This document shows positions 12,500-24,895 of a stretch of 64,000 nt of DNA, in pieces. The position numbers and the translations under genes are program-made. The notes beneath the pieces were generated by a model. The model was not told the DNA's origin. It was given only the letters and a program-made list of their open reading frames with translations, and ran no database searches. Within the stretch, counting starts at the first letter, position 1. Every line of letters starts with the position of its first letter. The stretch spans positions 248,001 to 312,000 of the forward strand of contig JALMLS010000466.1 in the NCBI GenBank assembly GCA_038496445.1. The letters are read 5' to 3'. Origin of the DNA: Trichosphaerium sp. ATCC 40318 (Eukaryota; Protista; Tubulinea).

Positions 12500-15445
12500 A
12501 TGTCTACGTACGTCCTAGACGTTAGGAATGCGCTTGCAGTTTTTTGCCAACAAAAAGGCTTGCTTTTAGTTTTATTGCTTCCTGGGTAATATTCTAGGCT
12601 ATATGTTCGTAGACGCTAGTTATGTCCAATTTTGGTGCAGCCATAACAAATTGGCTGTAAAATTAGCGAGTTATCATAAATGTACGACAATGACCGAGCT
12701 TATACGCTATAGGCGATTATCTCGCGCTGAGCGCAGGAAGAAACGAGAAGAAGAGGCAGCAAAATTCGATGAGGAAATGAAGAAAGCTAGAGAGGTACTA
12801 TAACAGCCTATTGTACCACCTATTAATTAAGTAACTTCCCAAAGGCAAGAGAGGCTAAAAGAAAGGCAAGAGAAGACGCCAGACAAAAGGAAGATGAAGA
12901 ATTTAATAAACGTATGGAAGAGCGTAAGAAGAAGCGTGAAGAGCGAAAGCAGCGAAGAAAAGAAGAGGAGGCTAAAGAGAGGATAAGATTACATAGGCGT
13001 AGTAATTCCTCTGTCAACTTGAAAGTAGGAGGTGATAAAAGAGCATCAATAGAATCCCGCCGCATCAGTACGTATTAGAGTGACTTGTAACATCATTTTT
13101 TGACACGCATGTTCTACAGCTTCAAGCCATCAAAGGAGTTCGTCTGTACTGAACAGAGAAGAATTAACACGTCTTCGAGAGAAAAAGGATAAGAAGGAAG
13201 AAGAGGTAGGCGCTTAACTGAATTTTGCTTAAATGTGTGAGTAAACTAATTTTGAATCCCAAAAATAGCAAGATGAGGAAGACGAATTCGCTCGTAAACT
13301 TGCTGAGAGGAAGAGGCTACGTGCTGAGAAACGTAAAAAAGCTCAAGAAGAGAAAAAGGCGGCGGAAGCGAAAGAAGAGCAACAAGAAGCTTCAGAACCA
13401 ACAAAAAAGGAACTGAAACAACAAAAACAAGCTGCTAAAGACGAAGAAAGGCAACAAAAGAAAAAAGCTAAGCATGCCGCTAAGGAAGAAGAAAAGCAAC
13501 TAAAGAAGGAGAAAAAGGATTCTAAAAAGCTTCAAAAAGCTGATAAGGAAGCGGTGTCTGCTGAAAAGACAGAGAAGGAGGCTGAAGAACTAAGTAAATT
13601 GAAGCCTGCATCTTCTGCTGAAATCAGGCGCATAAAACGCGAAGAAAGGAGACAAAGGCGTCTCAGTCAAACCTTGGAAGGAGTTAATGTAAAGGAAGCA
13701 TTAGCTGTTCAAGCGCCCGAAACCAAAGAAGTTGTGACAGACAAACCTACTGAGACAACAGCAGATGCTCCTCCGTCTGATGATTCCAGGTATTTAGTGA
13801 ATGTTATATTTATATTAGTGACTTTAATGTTAGTGTCGACGACATGGTCAACTCTGTTGATAGTTGGTGGGATGATAAGGCACCTCAGGTGATTGTTTTT
13901 TTTGCACTTCTCTTCTCTTCTCTTCTTCCTTTTTTTGGAGAATCTCGGCTTACTTTTTTATGTCTAGGAGCATCCAATACAAGAATTTTTTGATGTACAT
14001 GGATTCAACAAGGATATTGCAGCAAAGTTTGTTGCTGGAGGATTCCAAAACTTGAGTGATATTGATGATGAAGATTTACTGGCTTATGGAATGGTAAGGG
14101 GTCAAGTAAGGAAATGGCGTAGGCTTTACGATAAGCTTAAAGCACAAGGAGCTTTAGCACATCTCGAAACTAACACAGACCAAGTACGTTTTTTTACCAT
14201 TAAAAGATACCCTTCATTGTGAGCTCTAAATAATGGCCTAGGATGACAATGATGTATTGGATACTACCTTTGAAGTATCAATTGAGAGTGACCCAGAACC
14301 AGAAGAACCTAATCCTTCTCATGTTCTTGATGATTGCACTCTAAACTTCACACCAGAAGGTACATATTTTATTTTTTTTTGGATATTGTTATCCACGACA
14401 AGTTATTTATGGAATGGTATATTAATATTTCTATGTTAGGTTTCTCATTAGAGGGTAAACCTAGACCTGCGCCTGCAGGTCAATTGATAACTACAGCTCC
14501 AGCAGAGGGTATGAAACAGAACTTTTCTTAGGCTGGCATGTTTCAAGTTTATTAATATTGTATTTAGCGTATGTCCTCACTTCTGGAGAAACTGTTACGC
14601 AATGTCCTACAGATACTAAAACTGTGGCATCTATAATTACAGCTACAGATGCAGTCTATTATATTGGATCATGGCGTACGTTTGTTTTTTTTTCATTTTT
14701 TTTCGCTTTTTTTTCTGTTTTAACTTTTTTCTATCCAGGTGAGGAAGATGATACCCCAGAACAACAGGAAGAGTTTGGACAATGTACTTTGCATGATGGA
14801 CCACAAATTCCATACAAAATTGTTAAGTTTTGGATACGTGATTATTTCCTTATTGATGCAACTCAACTACCAATGACACTACGTGCTATGGTTGCAGATA
14901 TATCTGTTCAAACACCTCATACAGGTGCCTATGGAAGCACAGATGAGGTGCCTACATATATATCAAATTTTGTGAACGGAGACAAAGACTTGAAGTTCAA
15001 GCCTCTTGAGACGTTTACCATGGTTATTTCACAGAATTGGGAACGCCTTGGTGAGATGAGATTAAAGATTACTGAGGTACTAGTTGATGCTGTAGCATTA
15101 AGATATAAGACACTTGATGATGCTATTAAAGATAGCTGTATAATACAGCCTATGGTGAACTTATTCTTCAAGCATAAAACATGTAATGTTTTTCATGCTT
15201 GTTTCTCTCAGCTAATTCTAAGAATTATGGCTGGTAGGAATCAAGGTCTTACTTCTCATGTACTTGAAGAAACAGACTATGTAAAACGTATTATTGATGG
15301 ATATAATTCTGATAAAAAGGAAGGTTACTCAGCTCATATATCAATGATGGTTGAGGATATACGTTCTTGTGAGAATGAATTTCCTATTGTCAAAAATGTG
15401 CTATTAAAAGTACCTGAATGGCAAGAATTTTCAAAAACACTGTAA
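12500..15445 (+). CDS. Charged coiled-coil + SAM-like domain + C-terminal SAPS/PP6R-like helical region; multi-exon
   Basis: ATG 12500, intron, then K/E/R-rich exons. Exon at about 13970-14180 reads EHPIQEFFDVHGFNKDIAAKFVAGGFQNLSDIDDEDLLAYGMVRGQVRKWRRLY (SAM-like). The C-terminal LFFKHKTCNVFH...EGYSAHISMMVEDI resembles the SAPS motifs LFFxYPWNNFLH and GYMGHL. Confidence 0.6.
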
Positions 15446-15606
15446 CATACGAATAATAAATAACAAAATATACAAAGACATTACCGTTATATTTCAATGA
15501 AAGCCCAGAAGATAGTCCACAGTACTGAATTTTTTTTTGATGAAGTCGGAAGAAGGTAAAAAAACAAGTTAAGATTTTAAAATAGTCTTCTTTGTAGTAT
15601 TAATTT

Positions 15607-15693
15607 GCTTTCTTTGTACCTAAGTTGAGACATGCGATTTACCCTTACACTTTACGAACGAAGACATCGCAAGTCTTCCCTGCTCCAATATAA
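15607..15693 (+). pseudogene. Orphan copy of the terminal exon of the neighbouring surface-protein gene
   Basis: AFFVPKLRHAIYPYTLRTK...stop aligns without gaps to 19054-19140 (AFFVPKLRRAIYPYTLRTK...stop). Both are 87 nt and end in TAA followed by CACT. No upstream exons were seen. Confidence 0.75.
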
Positions 15694-16679
15694 CACTGTA
15701 ATGCAACAAGGGTTCGTATTAAGTTATGTTTTGGCGTTTGTAAGCTTTGATTTTTTTTTATAAGGTTTTTCAGCTTTTTTGAAGTTATCGTAGGTGACAC
15801 GTGATAAATAAACGCTGCATGCAACCTTAAATCAAAATTACAGCGTATGTTAGAATGCCAGTGTCGCCTTTCTATCATATCACTAGGTGTAGGCTGCATT
15901 CGCTTTGTACTATTTTTTGAAAAAATAAAACTAGTTCTAAATAAAAGGTTAATTGCTCAGCTCTCAAACCATAACGAAAGTATTCGCTCGATTCAGTACT
16001 GGCAGGTACTTCCTGATGTACATCTATAGCTTGATGCATGACTATTTATTAACGTAAATAGAAAGTTTGAAAAAACTTTAGTTTTCACTGATCATGTCTC
16101 GTTACCGCTTTTGTTACTGTACGTGTCTATGGTAGCAAAACTGTTTAGTAATGTTATGGAGTATCGTTGCACCTACGCATAGGTGCTGTTATTACACATA
16201 AAGCCACTTTCTTACAGGATAAAGTTTGGTTTTTATGGATGTACAGTTTTTTATTTGGAAGCGTCTTGTAAATTGCGAAAACATCACCTTTGAGGAAGCA
16301 ACATGTAACGCTCCGTACTCTAGAAACATATTGACTATAAGAACGATGTACATAAAGTAAGTTAGTTTTTAATACAATCTCGTATACGTTATCTCTTGGA
16401 ACCTTACAACATGATTCAATAATTACAATAAGAATGATAATTTGGTTCACCTTCAAATGATTCACTTTTTGGTACACAAAGCGTTGTTAAACAACTCAAT
16501 GTCATTAACAGCGTACTCAGACTTTATAAATCGTTTAACAATCTGAAGAGCGGAAAAATTATACCAAATTGCTGAGAACAGATCACACTTTGTAGTTCAG
16601 TGCAGTTTCAGAAAGCATCACGTGGGTATTTAGAAAACGCTTCGTTACACGCCTAAAATGCTTATGCCTGCTATAGTAA

Positions 16680-19140
16680 ATGGTTTTGTGTTATTTCTGT
16701 ACTACCTTTATTTTCTTCGCTCTCGCCGCACCTATCCACGGTAACACAAGTACGAATACTATTCAGTGCGATATGACGTTTTATTTATTTGTACCAAACA
16801 CCTTAGTCGTAACTTCAAGTGACCATGTTTGTGGCACTAATATGGATTGCTACTTGAGCGAAGGACCTTCTACGCTTATTCTCAATTCGACCGGATTAAC
16901 TTTTCCTGCCAACCTGTTTAGTGTTCAGCTTAACGAAACTATAGAAATTTTTGGTATGTTGGCGGTTTTGAAAGGTTCTTTTGTAACATTTTATTTAGCG
17001 TACAATAAAGGCATAAATGTTTCATGCACACTTCAAAAGCAGACGGTGATAGGGTATCAAAACATAAGTATAGCATTGTCAGGATTTACGTTTGATGGTT
17101 GTAAAATCAGCTTGAACGACTTTGCAAATGTTTATCTAGAGTACAATCACAGTTTTTATTAATCAACTGGCAACTAACGATTGTAGTAATATGGTAGTTA
17201 CAGGCACAGAGAGTTTTATTCAAATATTTGGAAGGTACACGTGATTTATTTAGATTTTGTCACATTTATTGAGAAAAATCAAAACGTTGCATTTAACAAA
17301 TGATCAGATTACAAGGCCCACTAAATACGAAAATAGTCGAAGAGTTATTGTAAGCAATTCACTTTTCCATGAACTGTTCGATGACAGAGGAAGATTTGCC
17401 GAGCCTTTGGGATTATGGATTGAGACAACCGAAACAGTATCCGTGAATAATTGTCATTTTCAACATAATTTTAAAGGAGGAAGTCTTGCGAATAGACTGC
17501 TTGGGAGAGGTAATATATGACACCCAAATTTCGTTGATGATAACTAGTTAAGTATAGGAATTCTTGCTACATTCATAGCTGTTGAGAGAGTACCCTCACA
17601 ATGTTGGTGGTGCCTGCTAAAGTTTATTTAGGTTGCAATCAACTCTTGTTTGTTCAAGGACAATAATGTACTTGCACGAAATCGTCGTACGCCCCCTGAG
17701 TCCATGTACATTCTCATTTGTATAGCACAATCTGAATACTATTCTGCGATAGTATACTTAAATTCAGATGATGTACAGATATTTAACTCAACTTTTACTG
17801 GGAATAGTATGGAAGAACTTAAACCAAGGTTCGAGGACAGATGTACTGGTACACGTGTTCTAACCAAGCTTGACGTCATATTAATTACCTAGTACTATAG
17901 TTAGCTCTTTGGCTTTGATTGGTATATCAAACAATGGTTCCGCAGAGATAGATTCTTGTGTGTTTGAGAATATTACATGCGTGTAACTTTCTACTTAATT
18001 GTAATAGCCATTAACTGAATTCTTGTTGTTTAGAAAACTAATACTAAATAATTCAACAATTATGAGAACCCCAGCATTGATTGGCTCTTCTATGAACATT
18101 AAGATAAGGTAAACTACTTTTATATTGTTACATGCGAGAATGCTAAAGCGAGGTTTAGAAATACAACAACATTTGAAAACGATGGTAATGTTACAAACAA
18201 TTGTATTGTTCTGATTTCTGAAATAGATACTGGAGGTGTATTTGATTGTACTTTAACAGCAACAGATTTCACATGCGGCTACTCTGATATCACCAGGTTT
18301 TTTGGAGATTGTCAAACTAATGGTACAGTATTTGTACTTACTCGCTTACAGTGTTGAATAGTTACTTGCGAAGGCAACACTTTGTTTCCTCCGCCAACCA
18401 CTCCTACAGTATCACCAACTTCTAAAGCTACAGCCACACCGTCCACTCCTCTTACAACGTCACCTACATATGCACCAACAGTGGGTAGTCTACCACCTGA
18501 AATAGTGCTATCTAGCCCTTTGACAATAGTTGGTGACTTTGTAAACTCAGAGATAGCAACAATTACTCCAGGAGGCTTTCTTCAAGTTGAAGGTATGTCT
18601 TTTGTGACAAGTTATTAAGAACACGTTTAACCAATGTTTAGGATGTATTGTGATACCATCAAATACAACGTTCATAATTGATTTCACACGTGATAACACA
18701 ACAAGTGTTGGTGAGATGAGAAGAGAAGTAATACGAAGCAACAGTAACTGTATCAATGGAACTTTTACACTAGTATCACCAAAATGTTTATTGGCGAGAA
18801 TTGAGAGGACTCTTTCATCGTATGCTGTTTATCTTTGTACTAACCTTTAACTTTCACTAGTATAATTGTGATCACATCAAGATCTGCTAGTTGTGATAAT
18901 GGAACGGGATCAATACACATCGGTTTGGTATTAGGTATCATATTCGGCATTCTTGTATTCGTATGTGAATTATATTACTTTCTTTCTTTTCTTGTTTATT
19001 TTATTTTTCGCAAACTAAAATTTGTATGGTAGATCGCTGCGGCTCTGATCATCGCTTTCTTTGTACCTAAGTTGAGACGTGCCATTTACCCTTATACTTT
19101 ACGAACCAAGGAATTAGAAATCTCTTCTGTTCGGGACTAA
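16680..19140 (+). CDS. Type I membrane surface protein: signal peptide, parallel beta-helix-like ectodomain, P/T-rich stalk, TM, short tail; multi-exon
   Basis: Hydrophobic N-terminus MVLCYFCTTFIFFALAA. Beta-helix-like strands (VSVNNCHFQHN, VQIFNSTFTGN). PT-rich 18382-18500. TM IGLVLGIIFGILVF/IAAALIIAFFV, stop at 19140. Confidence 0.7.
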
Positions 19141-19245
19141 CACTTAAATACTCATCGTCCCAATAATCCTGGACTTTGCTCAAGAATAAAAAAAACCCTC
19201 AGAACAAGGATAACTTTCAGACAGAGTACTATATTTCTTGTTTGG

Positions 19246-21429
19246 CTAGCTTATTTTACATTTTATCTGCTTTGCGTTATGTTCGTGAGCTATGACATCC
19301 TTGGTGAATGTATCACTTTGAAGAGTATCAAGGATTTTATTGAATGTTGGTCTCGCTGAAGAAGGAAAAAACCAAGTTAGATTTATCTTTTTCATTATAG
19401 CGTACCTGTTTGTGACACGTTGCAACAATCACGCATTAAGGATTTCCATTTTGGAGCAAAATTCTTATTTTTTAAGCGTTCTTCAGAGTATACACTAGTC
19501 ATTAAGATCTACACATATTAAGGTAAGATTCTGCTAAAAAAACGCAGAAATATCGAACTCAGACTATAAAATCATTGCTTAGCACTTACACTAACCCACT
19601 GATCGTATTGAGTAGGATCACGAATACTAGAATCTTCAAGTGGATAATGCCCAACACATAGAAAATACCTTGAAGGAGTAAGGAAGCAGAGCATTTATTC
19701 TATTAAAACCATGTAACTTCTACGCACATTAAAGTACCGAATGCATACACATCTGTACTCTTGTTATACATAGCCTCTTTACCAGTTATAGAGTCAATGA
19801 ATACTTCAGGAGATAGAATTTGGGGATCTGATTCAAAATCAGCTCCATAAACTATTCTAGTTTGATGTTATTTCTGTTCATTTGTATCTGATGGTATGTA
19901 CATACGCATAAGCACCATAAGTGTATTTATTACTGCCAATATTAATAATCTTGACTTGAATGGGATTAAAGCTAGAAATCATTATGTTGCCTAAAAAATA
20001 ATAAGCGACTGTTTATTGGAATTAAGAAAAAACAAAGAAAGATGGTAAACTCGCATAAATAAAAAGGGGCCACTTGTTTACCTGCATGTAAGTCTGTGTG
20101 TATGATATCTTGATTATGCAAATATATCATTGCTTCTGCTGTTTGTCTCAGTACGTTTAATTGCTGTCGTGTTGATGGATATGCTCTATAAAGGTCTTTG
20201 TATGGTAACCACTCCATTACTAATCCGAATTTAACCAAATCACACATGTCATACCCTCCTAATAGATGAACGCCATAGTACTTAAGTATACTTGGGTGGT
20301 TCAAGGCACTAATAATCATGTTAAGAGATGAGAAAATTACTTTTTTTAAAGTGAGTACCATAAAGAGTTTATCTGCTCAAGTAATCCTTTCTCTTGGGTT
20401 GGCTTAACTGTAAGATGCTTTACTGCTACATCTATTACTTTATCATTTATCTTCAACTGTTTTTTTGTAACTTTGTTCGCCGTGATAAAAGCAAAACGAT
20501 AATCAGTAATGTGCTTAACATTTTCTTGACTTGAGATAATTTCTTGTATTTCAGGAGGTTCTCTTCTAATCCTAAATCTTATTTCGATTGGTCTATCTGT
20601 TCCGTGAGCCTTTTGTTCAGCTTTGAATCCTTAATTTTACGTCAGCACAAAGTTGTTGATGAAAATAAAATTGTGGCAGTTAAAAAAAAAAAATTCTATT
20701 TTTTGTGGCCGGGGCACGTGTCTGAAATTTCAGGTAAAATCATATGGATTACCGGCTGGTCATCTACCATTAAATTCTTTGATATTGCATTACATAAATC
20801 AAGAGGTATTAGGCGCTATAGTCTGTATACTTCTTAATGTTGACCATTACAATAAATTGTATTTTCAAGATCCGGAGTGGACTTTCCTTTGTCTTACCTT
20901 TACCATGAGCGAGTTGTACAACATGCGTAGAATTGTTAATAGTAAACTCATCTGCAAAGTTGTAACCAATCCCAATGTCTTCAAGAGGCAGAAAATCAAT
21001 AAAGCTCTTAAAATTAGGAAAGATAGTGTGTGGGAATCGTCGTGTTAATGCTGAAAAGAACAGTCAACGTCAACACCCAAAATGCGTGTAGAACGTAGTG
21101 CTATCGACTGCATAGTTAAAATACGTGTGTACGTACTCTTTTGTGTTTCTTGGTAAGTGAATGAGACAATAAACGTTATAGCACTCGAGTCATGCAATAT
21201 ATCAAGGTTTGGTATCTAAGTAAACTGTTTTAACGGGTTTTGGATTGTTTTAATTAAATAGAGCTTAAAGTGACATGATAATACTATTACGTACCCACAA
21301 ACGCCTTGAAACGTCTGTAACTGATCTCCACAATGAATTGACAGCTCTGATACTTCTGAGCGTGTCTAGTTCAAATTGTTTGACAAGATGGACTTTGGTT
21401 TCGTTGGGTAGTGTATCCATGAGGCTCAT
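19246..21429 (-). CDS. F-box + protein kinase-like protein, copy 1 (probable pseudokinase: DFG position reads NIG)
   Basis: First exon MSLMDTLPNETKVHLVKQFELDTLRSIRAVNSLWRSV (F-box pattern). Kinase motifs VAVKH, HPSILKYYG, HTDLHAGN, KIINIG, ILSPE, DVYAFG, RPTF. Confidence 0.8.
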
Positions 21430-21848
21430 TTAGTTTACAAAGATAATCGTGGACCAAATTTAAGGATTTATGGACAACAATATTTTTGAAAAATCACGTG
21501 ACGTTTCAAGTTTTGTGAGCAAGTTTTAGCAAAATTCTGAATCCTTTTTCAAACTCTACTGTCCTTGTAGAGCAATAAAAAAAGTGGTGTGTTAGCTACT
21601 GCAAACTCACAAAATTTTGAAATTATCACTTCTCCATAACATCTCTTTACTTTGTTCACTTAAAATCACTGTGCCTAAGCGGTAAGTGTTAGTCGACAAA
21701 ATATAGTACTTTGTATACAGCATATTTCTTCATTGGCAACTTCAGCCTTGTTTAACATATGGCACGAAAACGATGTTGTTTCTTGCAATAATACAAAGGT
21801 AGAACTATGTCTAAAAATCGACAGTTGTTTACTTTATTTCTTGTTTGG

Positions 21849-23872
21849 CTAGCTTTTTTACATTTCATCTACTTTGCGTTATGTCCGTGAGCTATAACAT
21901 CTTTGGTGAATGTATCACTTTGAAGAGTATCAAGGATTTTATCGAATGTTGGTCTTGCTGAAGAAGGAAAAAAACAAGTTAGATATTTTTAATTTTTCTT
22001 TTTCATTGTAACGTACCTGTTTGTGACACGTTGCAACAATCACGCATCAAGGATTTCCATTTTGGAGCAAAATTCTTATTTTTTAAGCGTTCTTCAGAGT
22101 ATACACCAGCCCTTAAGGTCTACACATTAAGGTAATTGTAATATTCTACAACAAAGAAAAATAAAAGAATAACTAAGAATTAAAATCGTTGCTGAATGCG
22201 TACACTCATCCATGGGTTGTATCCATCAGCAAAAAAACTAAACTCTTGTAGTGAATATTGCTTAACCCATAGAAAATGCCTTGAAAAGGAGTTAAGAAAG
22301 CAGAGGCAATTTAAACCAGATAACACTAATAATATGCATACATTAAAGTACCGAATGCATACACGTCTGTACTCTTGTTATACACAGCCTCTTTACCACT
22401 TACAGAGTCAATGAATACTTCAGGAGATAGAATTTTGGGATGTGATTCAAAATCGGCTTCAACACCACCGAAACAATATAATCTAATTTGGACGTTATGT
22501 TTTTCCATAGATGGTATGCGTACGAGTAATCAGCACTCCTGAGAGTATATTTATTACTTCCAATATCAACAATCTTGACTCGAATGGGATAAAAGCTAGA
22601 AATCATTATGTTGCCTAAAAAATAATAAACAACGTTTATTGGAATACTGAGCGACATTTGTTTATTGGAATTAAGAAAAAACAAAGAAAGATGGTAAACT
22701 CTAATAAATAAAAAGGGGCCACTTGTTTACCTGCATGTAAGTCTGTGTGTATGATGTCTTGATTATGCAAATATATCATTGCTTCTGCTGTTTGTCTCAG
22801 TACGTTTAATCGCTGTAGTATTGATAGATTTACTCTATAAAGGTCTTTGTATGGTAACCACTCCATTATCAATGCCAGTGTTTTCTCTTGTACAAACATA
22901 GGTTTACTTGGTTCGGAAGGTCCCCTCATTAACTTTACCATACCTCCCCACATTACTACATAAGCGCCGTGGTATTTAAGTATACTTGGGTGGTTCAAGG
23001 CACTAATAATCATGTTAAGAGATGAGAAAATTACTTTTTTTAAAGTGAGTACCATAAAGAGTTTATTTGCTCAAGTAATCCTTTCTCTTGATTTGATATT
23101 ATGTCTATATGCTTTACTGCTACATCTATTACTTTATCATTTATCTTCAACTGTTTTTTTGTAACTTTGTTTGGCCCAATAAAAAGCATATGATGATCAG
23201 TAATGCGCTTAACATTTTCTTGACTTGAAAACATTTCTTGTATTTCAGGAGGTTCTCTTATCAAGGTAAATCCTACTTTGACAGGATGTATTCCACAATT
23301 TCTTTGATCATCAAAGAATCCTTTAAGTTTTAGGTCAGTTAGCTAACTACGAAAGAACGAAAAATCCCGAAATTAGTAATATTTTGAGAAAAGCTAGTAC
23401 TGTTACTATGTGTATAATACGTTTGGGTATGTGGGTAATCGTCAATAGTAAACTCATCTGCAAAAGTGTAACCAATCCCAATGTCTTCAAGAGGTAAAAA
23501 ATCAATTAAGCTCATAAAATTAGGAAAGATAGTGTGTGGGAATCGTCGTGTTAATGCTGAAAAGAACAGTCAAAATTCGGTTGTAAAGAATATAGCTGAA
23601 TAAACAGTTGAATACGTACCCTTTTGTGTTTCTTGGTACGTAAATGACACAATAAACGTTTTAGCTCTCGAATCATGCGATGCATCAAGATTTGGTATCT
23701 AAACCTGTTTTAGCGAGTTTTGGATACTATTAGGTACCCACAAACGCCTTGAAACGTCTGTAACAGATCTCCATAATGAATTGACAGCTCTGATACTTCT
23801 GAGCGTGTCTAGTTCAAATTGTTTGACAAGATGGACTTTGGTTTCGTTGGGTAGTGTATCCATGAGGCTCAT
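21849..23872 (-). CDS. F-box + protein kinase-like protein, copy 2 (tandem paralog; DFG position reads DIG)
   Basis: Near-identical F-box exon (about 23735-23872). Motifs VAVKH, HTDLHAGN, KIVDIG, ILSPE, DVYAFG. Intron positions shared with copy 1. Confidence 0.8.
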
Positions 23873-24086
23873 TTTAGTTTACAAAGATAATCGTGGACCA
23901 AATATTTATTTTTCGCTTAGATCACGTGCTTACCATAATATAGTCTTGGTCTGAATATCGCTTTGGTGAGGAAAAACTTGCCTCGTGCCACAACCGTTAC
24001 GTGCAATTATACAAAACTATTTCAAGTGCCCTATCTTTGTTTATTTATGGGCTACAATGTACATCTCTTTACATACACCTTAGCGC

Positions 24087-24536
24087 TCATATATGTGTGA
24101 CTGTACCAATATACGCTTTGCATTCAGGACAAGAGTGAACTGTGTCTTTAATACTATCTATCAAGCATGGAATCCAAGCACAAAGACAGAACCCAGCCTT
24201 GTAAACAAAAATTAATCGGATATCGCAGAAATCCACCTTAATTGTATTTTTAAAACGTACGAGTGCTGTTCCACCTACTGCAGCCCAAGTTAAAAGACCA
24301 ATTTCTTTCTTAGTAACGGTGGTAATACTCGCTTCACACTTTGGGCACGTGGTTGAAATAGGGCTACAGTTGTCAATATAAAGAATCACAAAAGATTTTT
24401 TTTCTTTCGGGTATAACCCCTTTTTAAAGTTACAGTATCCTTTCACGTACAAATGGTCCTTGCCCAATGTAGAAGAAACATTAACTGTAACGGTTGCTCC
24501 ATTTTGTGGAAACTCTTGCTGTGGCGGTCCGCTCAT
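24087..24536 (-). CDS. LITAF-domain zinc-ribbon membrane protein
   Basis: TTCPKC ... hydrophobic segment GLLTWAAVGGTAL/GFCLCAWIPCL ... HSCPEC is the CxxC / HxCxxC LITAF signature. Two introns read through in frame. Confidence 0.9.
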   Translation of the reverse strand: MSGPPQQEFPQNGATVTVNVSSTLGKDHLYVKGYCNFKKGLYPKEKKSFVILYIDNCSPISTTCPKCEASITTVTKKEIGLLTWAAVGGTALVRFKNTIKVDFCDIRLIFVYKAGFCLCAWIPCLIDSIKDTVHSCPECKAYIGTVTHI

Positions 24537-24895
24537 CCCTACAGTCCTTATGATGAGTGTTTTGGCGAGTTGGCTAAGTAAAAAACGAAAAAGAATGACA
24601 TCCTGAAGGCATAGTCGAAAGGAGAGTTGATCAGTTAGAGTAGTTTTAAATTAGATAATATGTTGTTTTGTACCTTTTAGTTTGTTGTGTAAAGAGTGTG
24701 GCTTAGGGCAGTGCCCTTAAATTATGGAAACTCACTTTGACTTTTCAAATTTGGATTAAAGCTCGTACTGCGAGTAATAACCAGTGTCTACCTGTTAGTC
24801 AAGAATCTGTACATGCTCTTACTTTCTGGCCCTTTGAATTCTGCTACCAAGTACGCAATATGTATTTATTTTACAAACATGTTTACAAGTATTAG

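Noticed and set aside
15549-15582. Short similarity to the kinase last-intron/exon boundary (about 21960)
   Set aside because: It is A-rich and only about 30 nt, so it could be chance.
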